NCBI GenBank assembly: GCA_965113315.1
Contig: OZ220382.1
Reading direction: 5' to 3' (one strand)
From: Podarcis vaucheri
Lineage: Eukaryota
Length of the DNA stretch: 64,000 bases
This document shows positions 48,576-60,667 of the stretch, piece by piece (position 1 is the stretch's first letter; each line of letters opens with the position of its first letter). Both the position numbers and the translations under genes were made by a program. The notes beneath the pieces are model-generated. The model ran no database searches and was not told the origin of the DNA. It saw only the letters and a list, made by a program, of their open reading frames with translations.

Positions 48576-50504
48576 CTTGGTGAGGGAGCCTGTTATGGGG
48601 GCAGCTGGTTGTGCAGCCTTGTGCTCCTTCAAAAATCTGTGCCCAAGGCCACAGCCCCCCCTGGCCCTCCCCATGTTATGCCCCTGGGCTTATGTAAGTT
48701 GTCATCAAGAAACACTTGAGGACATTAGCCTGGGGTCAGCTGATTTTGGGGGTTTACATGATCTGTGTATGAGGAATTCATTGGGTCCACACACACCGAA
48801 GCAAACTTAACCTGATCTTCATCTATGGCAACTGACAATTTCTGTTTATTTCCCACAGTGTGAATACATGTAATATGCATTACACTGTATGCCAATAGCA
48901 AAACCACCCTCCCGGAGTGTGGATACTTATGTGGTCATAACAGCGCCACCCATGCAGAAGTGATATCAGCAGGCAGACTTTAAAGTGGAGACATGAGAAG
49001 GGGTACATTCCAAAACAGCCCAGTGAAAACTGAACATGATCACTTGATGGGAGCGTTTGTGTGGAATGGAAAACCATGGGAACAAAATGGAGCTGAAAGG
49101 GAACATGACTGGCTGGAGCCCTGAGCAGGAGCATCCTGAGCTGCAAAGTTCAGCTGCAAGGCCAACTTACATATTTGATAACTCATCTGTTCAGAGACTT
49201 GTAAACTGTGTCCAGACACACTGTCAGACTTTCCTGCAATGAAATTCGTTAATGTGGCACATCCTAGCTGCAGTGCCCTTTTTCCTGCATGACATTGAGC
49301 TACTCTTCTCTATACATTTTAGCCAAGCAATATGTTCCTCTCTTTTAAAGTTTATTTTAAATATCAGTCATGCACATAGTCTTCCATCGAAAGAAAGCCA
49401 TCCCTCTCCTGTCTACTCCTTTCCCTTGTTTGAAGCTTATTTTAATCAAAGTTGGAGCAACATTCCAAAACTTAAGCACTCCAGCTTGGAAACGAGGCTC
49501 CAGTAACACAACAATGCCTACAGCATCCGGATAAATTACTTGGCATGGGTATTCCTGTTTACTTCAACTTCAAGTGAAGGAGGCAGAATTAGTCTGCTCC
49601 CAGAGGTTAGATTAAAAGGACCTCATTTAGCAAAGTCATGGACAGAGCAGAAAAGCCAAGTGTTTGTTAAGTAATGCCGAATTTGCCAAGTGCAGCACCA
49701 GTGATCCATGCAGCCAAGAATTCCCTCCTCTGAGCAAAACTGGCCAATTTCTGAAGTGCTCAGGATGGCAAAACTGATTCTCTAACACAACATATCTGCA
49801 CCTGGCTCAGCAAGGAGAGATGGGAAGGGTGTGTGTGTTCTCTTCTTTCCAAATCCCCTGCCCCCAATATCTCACAGGCAACCAGCTTGAGCCTTGAAGC
49901 ATGAAATACGGTTGTCTTTGCTTGGATAGGCATTGAAGTTATTAATTATAACCCAGATTGCAATCCCTGTCTGTACATTGGTCTATACATTTTTAAGATG
50001 CTTTTCATTCCCCCAAGGTACCCTACAGTACAGGGCCTGTTTGCCTAGTGATGAGGAAGAGCTGAGCTCTCAACTCTTGCGCCTTCCAAGAGGCACTTGA
50101 GGCCGTAAACTGCCCTCAATGTTTTCTCATCCCAACAGCATCTTGGCCAAAGTCTGTGCCAGAAACGGTGGGTGGGGAAAGGGGGAGAGGGAGAAACTCT
50201 ATAGCGAGACCACCATCTTCCTCTAGTTTATTTATAAAGGGCCTACAATCACTACATGCTAAACAATCCATTTTAAATATGCAATACTGTGCCTGCAGGC
50301 CCACAGTGGGAAATGGACTGAAATTATAGGAAGAGAAAGGGGGTGGACAAGTAGGGTAGTGGCAGAAGTCTTTTAGCCTTAACACTATTCTAAACTTAGG
50401 TATTGTTACTGGTGAGTTTAAGTAAGGTAAAATAAGCATACAGAAGAACAATCCTTACTGAAGCAGACACAGCATGGCTTCTGCAAGGACAAGTCCTGCC
50501 TCAC

Positions 50505-50850
50505 AAATCTTAAGAGTTATTTCAGAGTGTCAACAAGCATATAGGGAGAGGTGGTTTGGTTAACATAGTATACTTGGACTTTCAAAAAGCATTGACAAAG
50601 TAACTCACCAAAGACTACTGAGTAAGCTTGACAGTCAAGGAATCAGAGGAGAGGTTGTTTTGTGGATCAGGAGCTGATTAAGTTGCAGGAAGTGGAGAGC
50701 AGGAATAAATGGACAGTTCTCCAGATGGAGGGATGTAAAAAAATGGAGTCCCTCAAGGATACCGGGACTTCTGTTTTTTAGCTTGTTCATAAACAACCTA
50801 GGGTTAGGAGCAAGCAATGAGGTGGCCAAGCTTGCTGATTATACAAAATA
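50505..50850 (+). mobile_element. Old CR1 RT fragment
   Basis: IVYLDFQKA-DKV, GINGQFS-WR-V-GVPQG remnants. Confidence 0.85.
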
Positions 50851-51420
50851 ATAGGGATAGGGAACTAGTGGCCGTCCAGATGTTGCCAGGGTTCAACTCC
50901 CACGATCCCACCTGGGGACGATTGGACTTGGAGTCCATCATCAACTGGAGGGCCACAGATTCCCCAACAGAACAAAAGCTGTGCAAATGCACCAAAGCGC
51001 AGTGAAGTTGCCATCAGCTGCCTGGCAGCACTCCCTGATTTGCTATAGAGTGGCTCAAATGGAGTATTGTTAGAGAAAAGGTGGATGCTGCTACAGTAGA
51101 ACCAAGGCCTTAAAGAGGTCATGCTGAGCGGCTGGCATATAGGTCACCATGGGGAGCTAGAGTATTCCACTGGATGAAACTTTAAAAAAAAAATTAAAAA
51201 ATGAGACCATGTCCAAGGGATTCCTGCCTGAAACAGGCAGTCATGAAGAATAAGGCTATCTGTAGCTGCAACTATGATGATTAAGTAGGATGCCTCTAAT
51301 GTCAGTTGCTGGGAACCAGAGGTAGGTTGTCTCACTCAGGTCCTGCTTGCATCTGGTTGGCCACTGTGAGAACAGGGTGATGGACTAGGTGAACATTTGG
51401 CCTCATCCACCAGGGATCTT

Positions 51421-51779
51421 GGGACGCGGGTGGCGCTGTGGGCTAAAGCCTCAGCGCCTAGGGCTTGCCGATCGAAAGGTCGGCGGTTCGAATCCCCGCG
51501 GCGGGGTGCGCTCCCGCTGCTCGGTCCCAGCGCCTGCCCACCTAGCAGTTCGAAAGCACCCCCGGGGGCAAGTAGATAAATAGGTACTGCTTACCAGCGG
51601 GAAGGTAAACGGCGTTCCGTGTGCGGCTCTGGCTCGCCAGAGCAGCGTTGTCACGCTGGCCACGTGACCCGGAAGTGTCTGCGGACAGCGCTGGCCCCCG
51701 GCCTCTAGATGTGAGATGGGCGCACAAACCCCAGAGTCTGTCAAGACTGGCCCGTTCGGGCAGGGGTACCTTTACCTTT
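51421..51779 (+). mobile_element. Sauria SINE, full length, young CpG-rich subfamily, inserted in an old CR1-like 3' UTR
   Basis: GGGACGCGGGTGGCGCTG head, ACCTTT tail, perfect 12-bp TSD accagggatctt (51409-51420 / 51780-51791). Confidence 0.97.
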
Positions 51780-53264
51780 ACCAGGGATCTTATGTTCTCA
51801 AAGTTGGGTGGAAGAACCCAGGTAGGTCAACACGGGCCTCCTAAAGAATAGCTGAGAAGCTCAGCTAGGGCACAACTGAGCAGGTGGGAACGACAGAAGA
51901 GGAAGTTCACCAGCGAAGGTGAAAAGATCAAAGAGGCTGCTCTGTCATGCATGAAAGGAAGACATAGGTCAAAGGGTTGATTTGAGTTCTTTCCCCACTT
52001 TTGAAGCTGCATATAATGTGCTTTCATCATAAAAGATGTGCGATCACACTTTTGCAACTTGGTGGTATGGTTACCTTTGTGTAGGTGGATACACTTTTTA
52101 AATGCACATCTTTCCACCTGCCCCTTACACTAGAGTTCCCTCAGGTTTTTGCTTTTGTTTTAAATGGATAATGATAACCCCAGATTTGGAAAGCTTCCCA
52201 GACTGTACATCTGCCCTCTTTTAATGCAGTGAATTTATTCATACTTGCTAACCTCTGAAATATTTGAAGGTGGATCAGCTGAGAAATCAGACTGAAAGCT
52301 AGCTAAGGCCCCACCTGCGCAATACATTTAAAGCAGTATCATAGCACTTTGAACAACCGTGGCTGAAAGTTGCTAGGAGACCCCTATTCCCCTCAGCTCC
52401 CCAAGTGGTTTAACGATCAATTCCTCTTCCCAGGGAACTCGGGGAATTGTATATCTGTGAGGGAATGGGGTTTCCTAACAACTCTCAGCCCTGATTGTGT
52501 TGGATCACCCACATGACTGGTTCAGGAAACATGGGGGAAACATGGGAGAAAGATTTATACCATACAAAAGCAAGCAACAGAAACAACAATGTAGATGTAT
52601 ACAGGAGATGAATATCGACAGTATCAAAAATGCTTTGGTAAAAATATTTCCTATCAAAATTGATATTTTAATCCTAAAATTGAAACCGTACCAGTAATCT
52701 GAGTTCTGTTTAATTTGCTGAGGCAAGTTTGTAGAGAAGCACTTGGTTCAGATTTTAGGCAGATTTAATTAACAAAATGACACCATATAGATGCAGAAAA
52801 TGGATTATATTATTTCTAACAGGCTCTGGAGCAGTTTGGTGGAAACAGAGCAAAACAGCACCTCTCTGTTGACTTCTTCATTAATTTTACGTCCCTCACG
52901 AGAGATAACAAAAAGTACATTGTCCATTTTTGAGAACTACCAGGGCCTATTATTTAGAATGGAAACTGGTTCCAAGTGTGCTCTGCAACAATCCATCATC
53001 AGATCCAGGAACAGAAAAGAAATTAACCTTTTTGCCACCATAGTAAATCTGGAGGAGGAGAAGTAGTAGAAAGGAAAAAATGTAAAATGAACTAAAACTC
53101 CAAAATGTAGACAGCTGGAAATGTCTTGTTTTCCTCATATATTGTTCCCCTCCAAAATCAAAAAATGTGATCAAACAACATGGAACTTTACAGGAGGCCA
53201 CCATTTTTTATTTATTTCTTTTTTTTAACAAAATCATTAGAGGAACAGTGCATACATGCACTAG

Positions 53265-54102
53265 CTCTTAGTCTGTTTCTAGGTCCAATGTAAAGTGCTA
53301 ATTTTAAAGTGCTAAACAATTTGGGACCAGATTTTTAGGAATATCGCTTAAATAATGTAGTTGGAATCCAGAGTGAAAATAGAAAACTGAAAAGAAACTA
53401 TGTAGGATTTTAGGAAGGCTAAACAGAGTGGTTTTGTCTTTCTTGAGTCATGTTTTGTGCATAGCAGGGAGGGACATATTCAGCTAAACATACATAGGAA
53501 AACTTCCTCTAAACTACACAGCCAATCAGAGCACATGCTGCCTCATGAAAGATCATGTTATTCTGCCTGGTTGCTAAGCAACACATCCACCCATCCCTCT
53601 GGCTCGCTGACTTTAACAGAATTAACCCTTAAGTAGCAAACTGAATTATCCCTGTTGTTGCACTTCCAGCTTAAATAGAAGACACCCTTCTCTCATATGT
53701 ACCTATCCCAAACTTAAGGTCACCTATTCTGGGTGCCTCCACTGTAGGAAGGCAGAAGAGGACCTTTTTGGTACTTTCCTCCCTTCCCAGAGAGGTTCAC
53801 CTGGTACCATCATTGCGGTTCTTTCAGCCAGGCAGAGACTGTTTTACCTAAACCAGGCCTTTTACCTAATTAGCCAAAATTGGTCCTCTCTTTTGTTTTA
53901 TTTTTTAAGGATCTGTGTTTTAACTTTGTGGCTTTGTTTTCTTGTTGTATTTGGGTTGTTTTGATTTCTTGGGTTTATGTCTTGCTCTGTATTTTGAATT
54001 GGTTCAATACTTAAATTTCCAATAAGCTGCCCAGAGATCTTCGTGTGACAGGACAGCATGCAAAATGTTGTTAATAATAAAATAAAATAAATAAAATAAA
54101 AT
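53265..54102 (+). mobile_element. Old L2 3' fragment interrupted by the X-box repeat (~53331-53667)
   Basis: aaagtgctaaacaatttgggaccag...ttcacctggtaccatcattg...(AAAAT)n tail. Confidence 0.6.
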
Positions 54103-55250
54103 AGACCTGAGAATGTCAATGTCACCTTGTCTAGGGCTATATCCCTATGGGAATGACCACCCCCCCCATTCTCCTTCTGGACAACAGGAGAAGGGTCTTT
54201 GTGCCTTGCTTACATCTCAGGGAATTTGGATGTAGATGGACGTTTGCCTGACCAAGCAAGACAGTTCTTTTGAATTGCTCAAGTTTTCTCCCTTCTTCAT
54301 CTTTTATAATCTAACAGTTACATGTTGCCTTGTGAATGCCAATCTTTTAATGCAAGGAAGGTTCCACATTATCTCCCCCAAATACGCTGATACCAGGAAC
54401 TGAAGAACGGAAAAAGCACAAAGCCCGTTTCAGTCAGTACATTACCGCAATTTCTTTAAATGTGCTACATTCTTTCAACACTCTTGGCTTTAACAGCCCT
54501 TAATGCAACATCTGGCACAGGAAAAGAAAAGAAAAATCAAATGAGAGATGATTGGGGGAGGGGGACCGCTCAGGAAATGCAAAACTTCTCTTGCTGCCAT
54601 TCTCAATAGGATAACATCTTTTGCTTCTGTGTGATGCAAAGAAAAGCCGATTGGGGGGATCTGATGTATCATCTCCAACAAAATGATTTATCAGAATTAA
54701 ACATCTACTTGCAAGTATTTTCTCCTTGGCCAAATCCTCTTGGACAGGCATCCAGTGCAACAAAAGGAATTTAATCCTGATGCAAGTGAAATACTAGTTA
54801 TGAACAGGCAGCAGGAGGAAAATCCAATCTGATAACATGAAACATATGCTTTTGTTCCTTTTTAAAGATTTCATTTACTGATCCAGCATTTCCCCTTCAG
54901 TTGGAAATGTTACTGCTCCAAAGCAGCTGAATCTGCAGTAACATCAGATTTGTAAAGTTGTTACCCAGTAAGGAATCGTTGGCACATTTTGCCTGCTACT
55001 ATCACACTTAGCATGGCTCTTCTGAAACTGCTTCTGGCACACAAAGATGGAATCTGGTGCCTTTTAAGTAGTTACAGTACTGTATATGAACGTGCCTTTT
55101 TAAAAATAAAAAAGTTGGTGTGAAGCTTGATTGCCCATTTCAAATGTTTGCACATTCCAGAATTTCAATGCTCCATCAACAAACTCCAATTTTCCAGGTC
55201 AAAGTCCATTGCAAAGTCCACAGACCCTGTGACGGTCCATAATTTGAATA

Positions 55251-55492
55251 CAGTGGTACCTCAGGTTACATACGCTTCAGGTTACATATGCTTCAGGTTA
55301 CAGACTCTGCTAACCCAGAAATAGTGCTTCAGGTTAAGAACTTTGCTTCAGGATAAGAACAGAAATCAGGCTCCAGCGGTGCAGTGGCAGCAGGAGGCCC
55401 CATTAGCTAAAGTGGTGCTTCAGGTTAAGAACAGTTTCAGGTTAAGAACGGACCTCCAGAACGAATTAAGTTCTTAACCCAATGTACCACTG
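55251..55492 (+). mobile_element. Tc1/mariner MITE (same family as 9905)
   Basis: CAGTGGTAC TIRs, TA flanks. Confidence 0.93.
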
Positions 55493-57782
55493 TACTGTGG
55501 ACTTGGAAAAAGTGGAGAGGAACATAGAGGATTTTCTTCCTCTCTCATATCAGGAACCATGAACCATAGTTTTGGTGAACAGAGACTCCAACATCCTCTC
55601 TATATGCCAGAATTAAGATTTGTTCAGCTCAAGTGAATGATTGTTTCAATTTATATCATTTCTTTTTAATTCAAGAGCCCCATCCATAGCTGTAGTTAAT
55701 ACACTCCTTCTATGAATTTTAACCTTGTGCCTTTGAGATATCAACCAATTTACATAACAGGCCTTCTTGCCCATTAAGGTGATATGCAAACAAGCCTTCT
55801 AGTTGACAGATGGGGCTGGGGGCTTTATGCTTAATTATAAACAGAGAGGCACTTCCAACATAAAGGTGAGTCTGCATTTACATTTAACCCTTGATCATGA
55901 AAACTTGTGAGAAAAGCTCAGAAGCTCTCTGCTACTTAACTAGTGAAGGGTTGTTGCAATGGCTGCTTCAAAGCTGCAATAAAATTTGAGGATGGTGAAC
56001 CTGCTAATATCACTTTAATACATAGGAGGGGAATTGTGGCCCTTCAGATGGTACCATTGTTCCTGATGGGTATCTATAGCTTATGATTATTGAAGAAAAT
56101 AATGTTATGCTTATAAACTTGCAGAAGACAGGTGCTGACACCCTAAGATAGAGAAAGGGAAACTGTTGTTGGACTACAGCTTCCATCATCCATTACCTGT
56201 TAGCCGTGCTAGCTAGGGCTGATGGAACTTGGAACCTGGAACATTTTGGATAGACCATCTGCAGGGAACTTTGGTTATTCACCCCTGCCATAGGGTTACA
56301 CAGGCTGGATTTAAGAGTGGCTCTGACTTCCCCACCCCACTCCTGTTCTTCATCTCCCCCCTCCCCCCTTCCTATTCCCCTTCAACCCACTTTTTCTCCC
56401 TTCCCCTTTTCCCTGCCTCACTCTGAAGGACCGAGGGAGAAGGTCCTTCCTCAGAGCAAGGCATTCTGTGAGGTGACTGGGGAGTGCCTGCAGTGCCACC
56501 ACAGGTACAATGACTGTGTAAAACAGTGTTACATGTCACTACCTGAACTTTCCCCATCTCCCATCTCAGGGTCCTTCTGCTCCTTCTCTGACAAACCCTA
56601 CCAATTCTGCTCCAGCACCACAGGGCCCATGGCCCCACTCAGCTCCCAAAGACAAGCCCTTGCATCTTCAGATGTTGTTGGACTACAAGTCCCAGCCAGC
56701 ATGGCCGGTGGTCAGGGATGATGAGAGTTGTAGGTAGCATCATCTGAAGGGCAAAAGGTTCCCCATTTCAGTGTGAAATCAGCCTCAATTAGCAAGGTAA
56801 GATTTAAAAGCAAGTAACAGAATGCCTTAATCATGTTCCCATGGACTGCAGTGCAAACAGAACAAATAAATCCATTATTGACACTTAGAGAAAGCAAAAC
56901 GTGTCCTCAGAGATTGCTCTAAGCATAATCACTGAACAATACTAAAAAAAAGATGATTAATGGATCATCCATCTGTAGTGGGACGCACTTACTTTCGGTG
57001 CTCATCCCAAATCGTTCCATAAACTGTCGGATTCTGTGTACTTTTATATAAATCAAGCTTGTCTCTAAGAGTAGGGTATCATCGCAAACCTCATAAAACA
57101 GGTTTCACTGAACCCAGAATAAGACATGATTAACATAAAGATATTATTGATTTTAACAGAATTGAAGGGGAAACGAGGAGGTAAGTGTCCTACATTTCAA
57201 AACATAATATCTCAAAATGTCATTTGCTTGCATGAGAGACCAGGAAAATAATATTGTCAAATCCCTTTAATAAACAGAGCGTGGATGCCCCATAATTCCT
57301 GCTTTTTGTTTTTGTTTTTACAACGGAAACATTATCGCAATTTCTTAATATTTTAGAATAATTCTGCTTGTAAACAAGTTATTGGGAGGGGGACAGAAGC
57401 CAACCAAAGCCAATGTTTTTTAATTCACCATACTTTTAAAATAATTGTGCCACTTTAAACAGTCATGGCTTTCCTCAAAGGATCCTGGGAAGTGTCTTAA
57501 GAGTTGTTAGGACGCCCCTATTTCCTCTCACAGAGGGGAAAGCCATGACAAACCCTCTCCCCAGGAAACTAAGATACTTTCACTAACCATAACTAGTTTT
57601 GAAATGGCACTTCAGCCTACTATGTCAAAGCATCCAGGCACTTGCTAAAGTTGAAGTTCATGGTTAAGTCCTAGATAACCACAGGATTACTGCCAAACTA
57701 CTTTCCCCTAGACACTCATGGGGTTCAGACTGGCAGTAACTGACTAGAACCAAGGTCTTGGATTTGTAGTGGATAGGCTTGA

Positions 57783-58091
57783 GTGGCAGCCGTGAAAAAA
57801 AGGTGAATTCCATGCTCGGGATCATTAGGAATGGAATTGAAAATAAAACTGCTGATATACAAATCTATGGAGTGACCACATTTGGAGAGTCACAATAGCT
57901 ATGCTCTGTCTTCCACAGTCGAAGACAGCAGTCTGAATGCCAGTTGCTGGAAACCACAGGAGGGGAGAGGATTCCTGGGCTCCAGCCCTGCTTGCATGTT
58001 TCCTGCAGCTGTCTGGTTGGCCACTGTGAGGATGGGGTACTGCACTAAATGGGCCATTGGCCTGATTCAGCAGGCTCTTCATTTGTTCTTA
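57783..58091 (+). mobile_element. Old CR1 3' end with (CTTATGTT)-type tail (3' UTR relatives at ~1090-1210, 36770-36865, 51290-51797, 62230-62440, 62930-63130 -)
   Basis: AAVKK-NSMLGIIRNGIENK...YKSM--PHLE remnant followed by the shared ctggttggccactgtgag...ggcctga(t)ccagca UTR. Confidence 0.75.
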
Positions 58092-59366
58092 GAGTAGACC
58101 AACTGAAAAACATGTCCTTTAATTCTGGTGTGTCTACTCTGTGTATGACCAACATGGGATACAAGCCATGTTTAATGAACGTCTCCTAAACTGAACAGTA
58201 TTTTGAGAGAAGGGCCAATTTTAATGGAAGAATACTCCAGCATGGCAGAGTGTTCCATCAAGTTGCCACTGAAATTTCATGGAGGGGGGGAAAGTGAAAA
58301 GGAATTTGTGATGTGCATTCTTAGGCAAAAGTCTTATGAATTTCAAAGGAAGTAAACATGCCTTTCTTTTTACCCCTTATTTTCACTTAATATTAACGTA
58401 TCAACTCATGCTATGATGGGAAGTCGTATCTCAGTGTGAATGTGTGGCACATGCTATTTACAGACAGATTTCTTGATGCATTTTCATTCATTCATGAAAC
58501 TCCACTTAAAACCTGAGGGAAGCCCTCTATATTTGAAAGAAATCTCTGTGTTGGGAAAAAATAACAAGGAAATAAATAAACTCCGCTAGAAATATTATCC
58601 CACAGAGTCTGCAAAATACGTTAAATTATGGAGAATTGAAGTGAGATGTGAAAGCTGTTGAAACCATTTATTTCCTGGAGAGTAGTAAACACCACATATT
58701 CTTTATTAATCTATATATTTCACATAAGCACATCATGACTTGATTTAATCTGTGAGCATACAACACTGCAAAGGCACTAATAGGGGGCACAATATGGTAG
58801 ATAAATATAGGCTCTGGAATAAATTCTGCAAAAAATAATAATAATCAAACCCAATAGACATGGTATGGGGGTCACCATCTACCCTCTGCTTACAGAAATT
58901 ATATTAATTATTTTTAGACATTATAATTAAACACCAGCTGTTACGATAGGAATGCTGTCAATAAATGCAACACCCCTCCCAAAAAATTGTTCTAGAAAAT
59001 AGCTTTAAAAAACATCTTTTGCAGTCTCTTCAGGACTAGAAGGAGAAAAATGAAAAACTCTTCTGATTAGAATATTATTCATTTGTTTTCTAGCATGATG
59101 TTATGAACTGCTCTTTCACCGACTTGTCTTTGTGATGTTACAAGCCAGTTCTAGTTCTCATTCAGTCAATGTGACATCATCATATTCTGCTTACATTCTG
59201 TCTGATTAGCCAGGATTCTTTCTGCAAACAGCCTTGATTTGTTTGCTGCTGCTGCTCTTATTAAGGCACTGAAGCTATAGTTCAGGGATAGCCAGTGTGT
59301 TGCCCTCTAGTTGCTGCTGGAATCCAAGCCCTAGCATGTTTGATGATGGACCCCGCTAGCTGGGAA

Positions 59367-59747
59367 CAGGGGCATATGGGGGCGCGCGTGGAGGGGGTGG
59401 TCCACCCCAGTCACTGCCCTGGGGGATGACAAGATGGCCCGCTGCCTCCCCCAGCTGTAGAGCAGCAGAGGGTGCACACGCAGTTAGTGTGGGCGCCGCT
59501 CACACTACATCCACACAGCATCCATACGGGCTGCCGCTTGCGCACAGCGTCTGTGCAGACATCTGTACAGGCTGCCGCTTGCACACGGCATCCGTATGGG
59601 TGTCTGTATGGGCTGCCACTTGAATGGCAACCATACAGGCTTCTGCATGTGCGCAGTCTGTACGGATGTCATGCATGCATCACCGGGCAGTTCACCCCAC
59701 TCCTCGCCATTCCACCCTGGGTGATGGAGAGGGTTCCTCCGCCACTG
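59367..59747. mobile_element. GC-rich hAT-like element with internal 41-bp tandem repeats, nested in a MITE (59283-59790)
   Basis: Ends CAGGGGCATA / TCCGCCACTG; TSD-like gctgggaa/gttgggga; repeat units start at 59519, 59560, 59601. Confidence 0.7.
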
Positions 59748-60630
59748 GTTGGGGAGTTGGAGTCCAACAACCCTTGGAGGCCACCTCATTGGTGATGTGT
59801 CACAAACATTTAGTTAAACTTAAATTTATGTACTGTATTTATTTAACAAAAGTTATATATCACATGATCGCAAGAAGACTTCTATGCAGTTTACAAAAAA
59901 AGCTGATGGATACACCATTCATTTGGCTGCAAAAGACTGACTCCTCCACAATTTATAAACTTATTACAAGCACATGCAAATCACCCTAACAGACTCCACT
60001 GTATTTCTAAACGCTTTGGTACTGAAGTCTAGAGTCAGGCAGTAGTTTTTGCTGGTGTCCCATCACAAGAAACAAGAAGTGCATGCAAGGTCAGCTCAAG
60101 CTGAAGGGGAAAACAGAGCCCCATCCCATTCATACATCATTTTATCTGTATGCTACCTTTCCACAGTTAAAACCATGCTCAAGACTGCTTACAACAGGAA
60201 AAAACTAATCACACAATTCAAAATTCAAAAAGTTCAAAAATCATTCCATAAACAGAAGCTTACTGGACTGAATTCAACACTGGTGATGGGGCAGACAGTG
60301 TCTTCCACAGCATCTGAGGGCAGCAAGCTAGCTTTAAGGTCACAGAGCAGTGAACATAGCACAAATAGCTCTATTCTCCAACACAGGGAATGGCAAGCTC
60401 TGTTTTCCCCATGCACTGACCAATCACTGCCTGAAGCAGCTGCCTCCCTTTGCTTAATGGTAGGGCTGGCCCTGAGTGCATATGAGCATTGCTGGTACCT
60501 AGAAGAAGTGAATTCCCCCCACCCCATATTTACAAATGTTTCAAAGTTCTCACATTCACGGTACTGAGTTATTTGTAAATTCCAAGACTCATTGGCAGCA
60601 AAAGTTTTCAGGGCAAGCAACAATGCTGTG

Positions 60631-60667
<37 letters not shown>

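Larger units (their letters stand above)
44610..48686. mobile_element. hAT non-autonomous element split by the CR1 (44610-45012 and 48576-48686)
   Basis: Ends CAGTGGTGTAGCA / TGTTATGCCCCTG; 8-bp TSD ggctaatg (44602-44609) / ggcttatg (48687-48694). Confidence 0.78.

Noticed and set aside
45042-48810. Several plus-strand ORFs over the CR1
   Set aside because: Antisense shadows of CR1 ORF1/ORF2 and of the flanking hAT sequence.
52791-53066. 91-aa ATG ORF in unique sequence (also the 172-aa ORF at 60049-60567)
   Set aside because: No recognisable domain; the longer one runs through L2-tail-like and hAT remnants.
57160-57180. Plus-strand 21-nt microexon-like signal (ttttaacAG|AATTGAAGGGGAAACGAGGAG|GTAAGT, TGCATG downstream)
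   Set aside because: Antisense to IL1RAPL2, weak pyrimidine tract and no partner exons; at most an antisense transcript exon.
59519-59625. CRISPR-like array
   Set aside because: Vertebrate DNA; degenerate tandem 41-bp units without unique spacers, inside a transposon.
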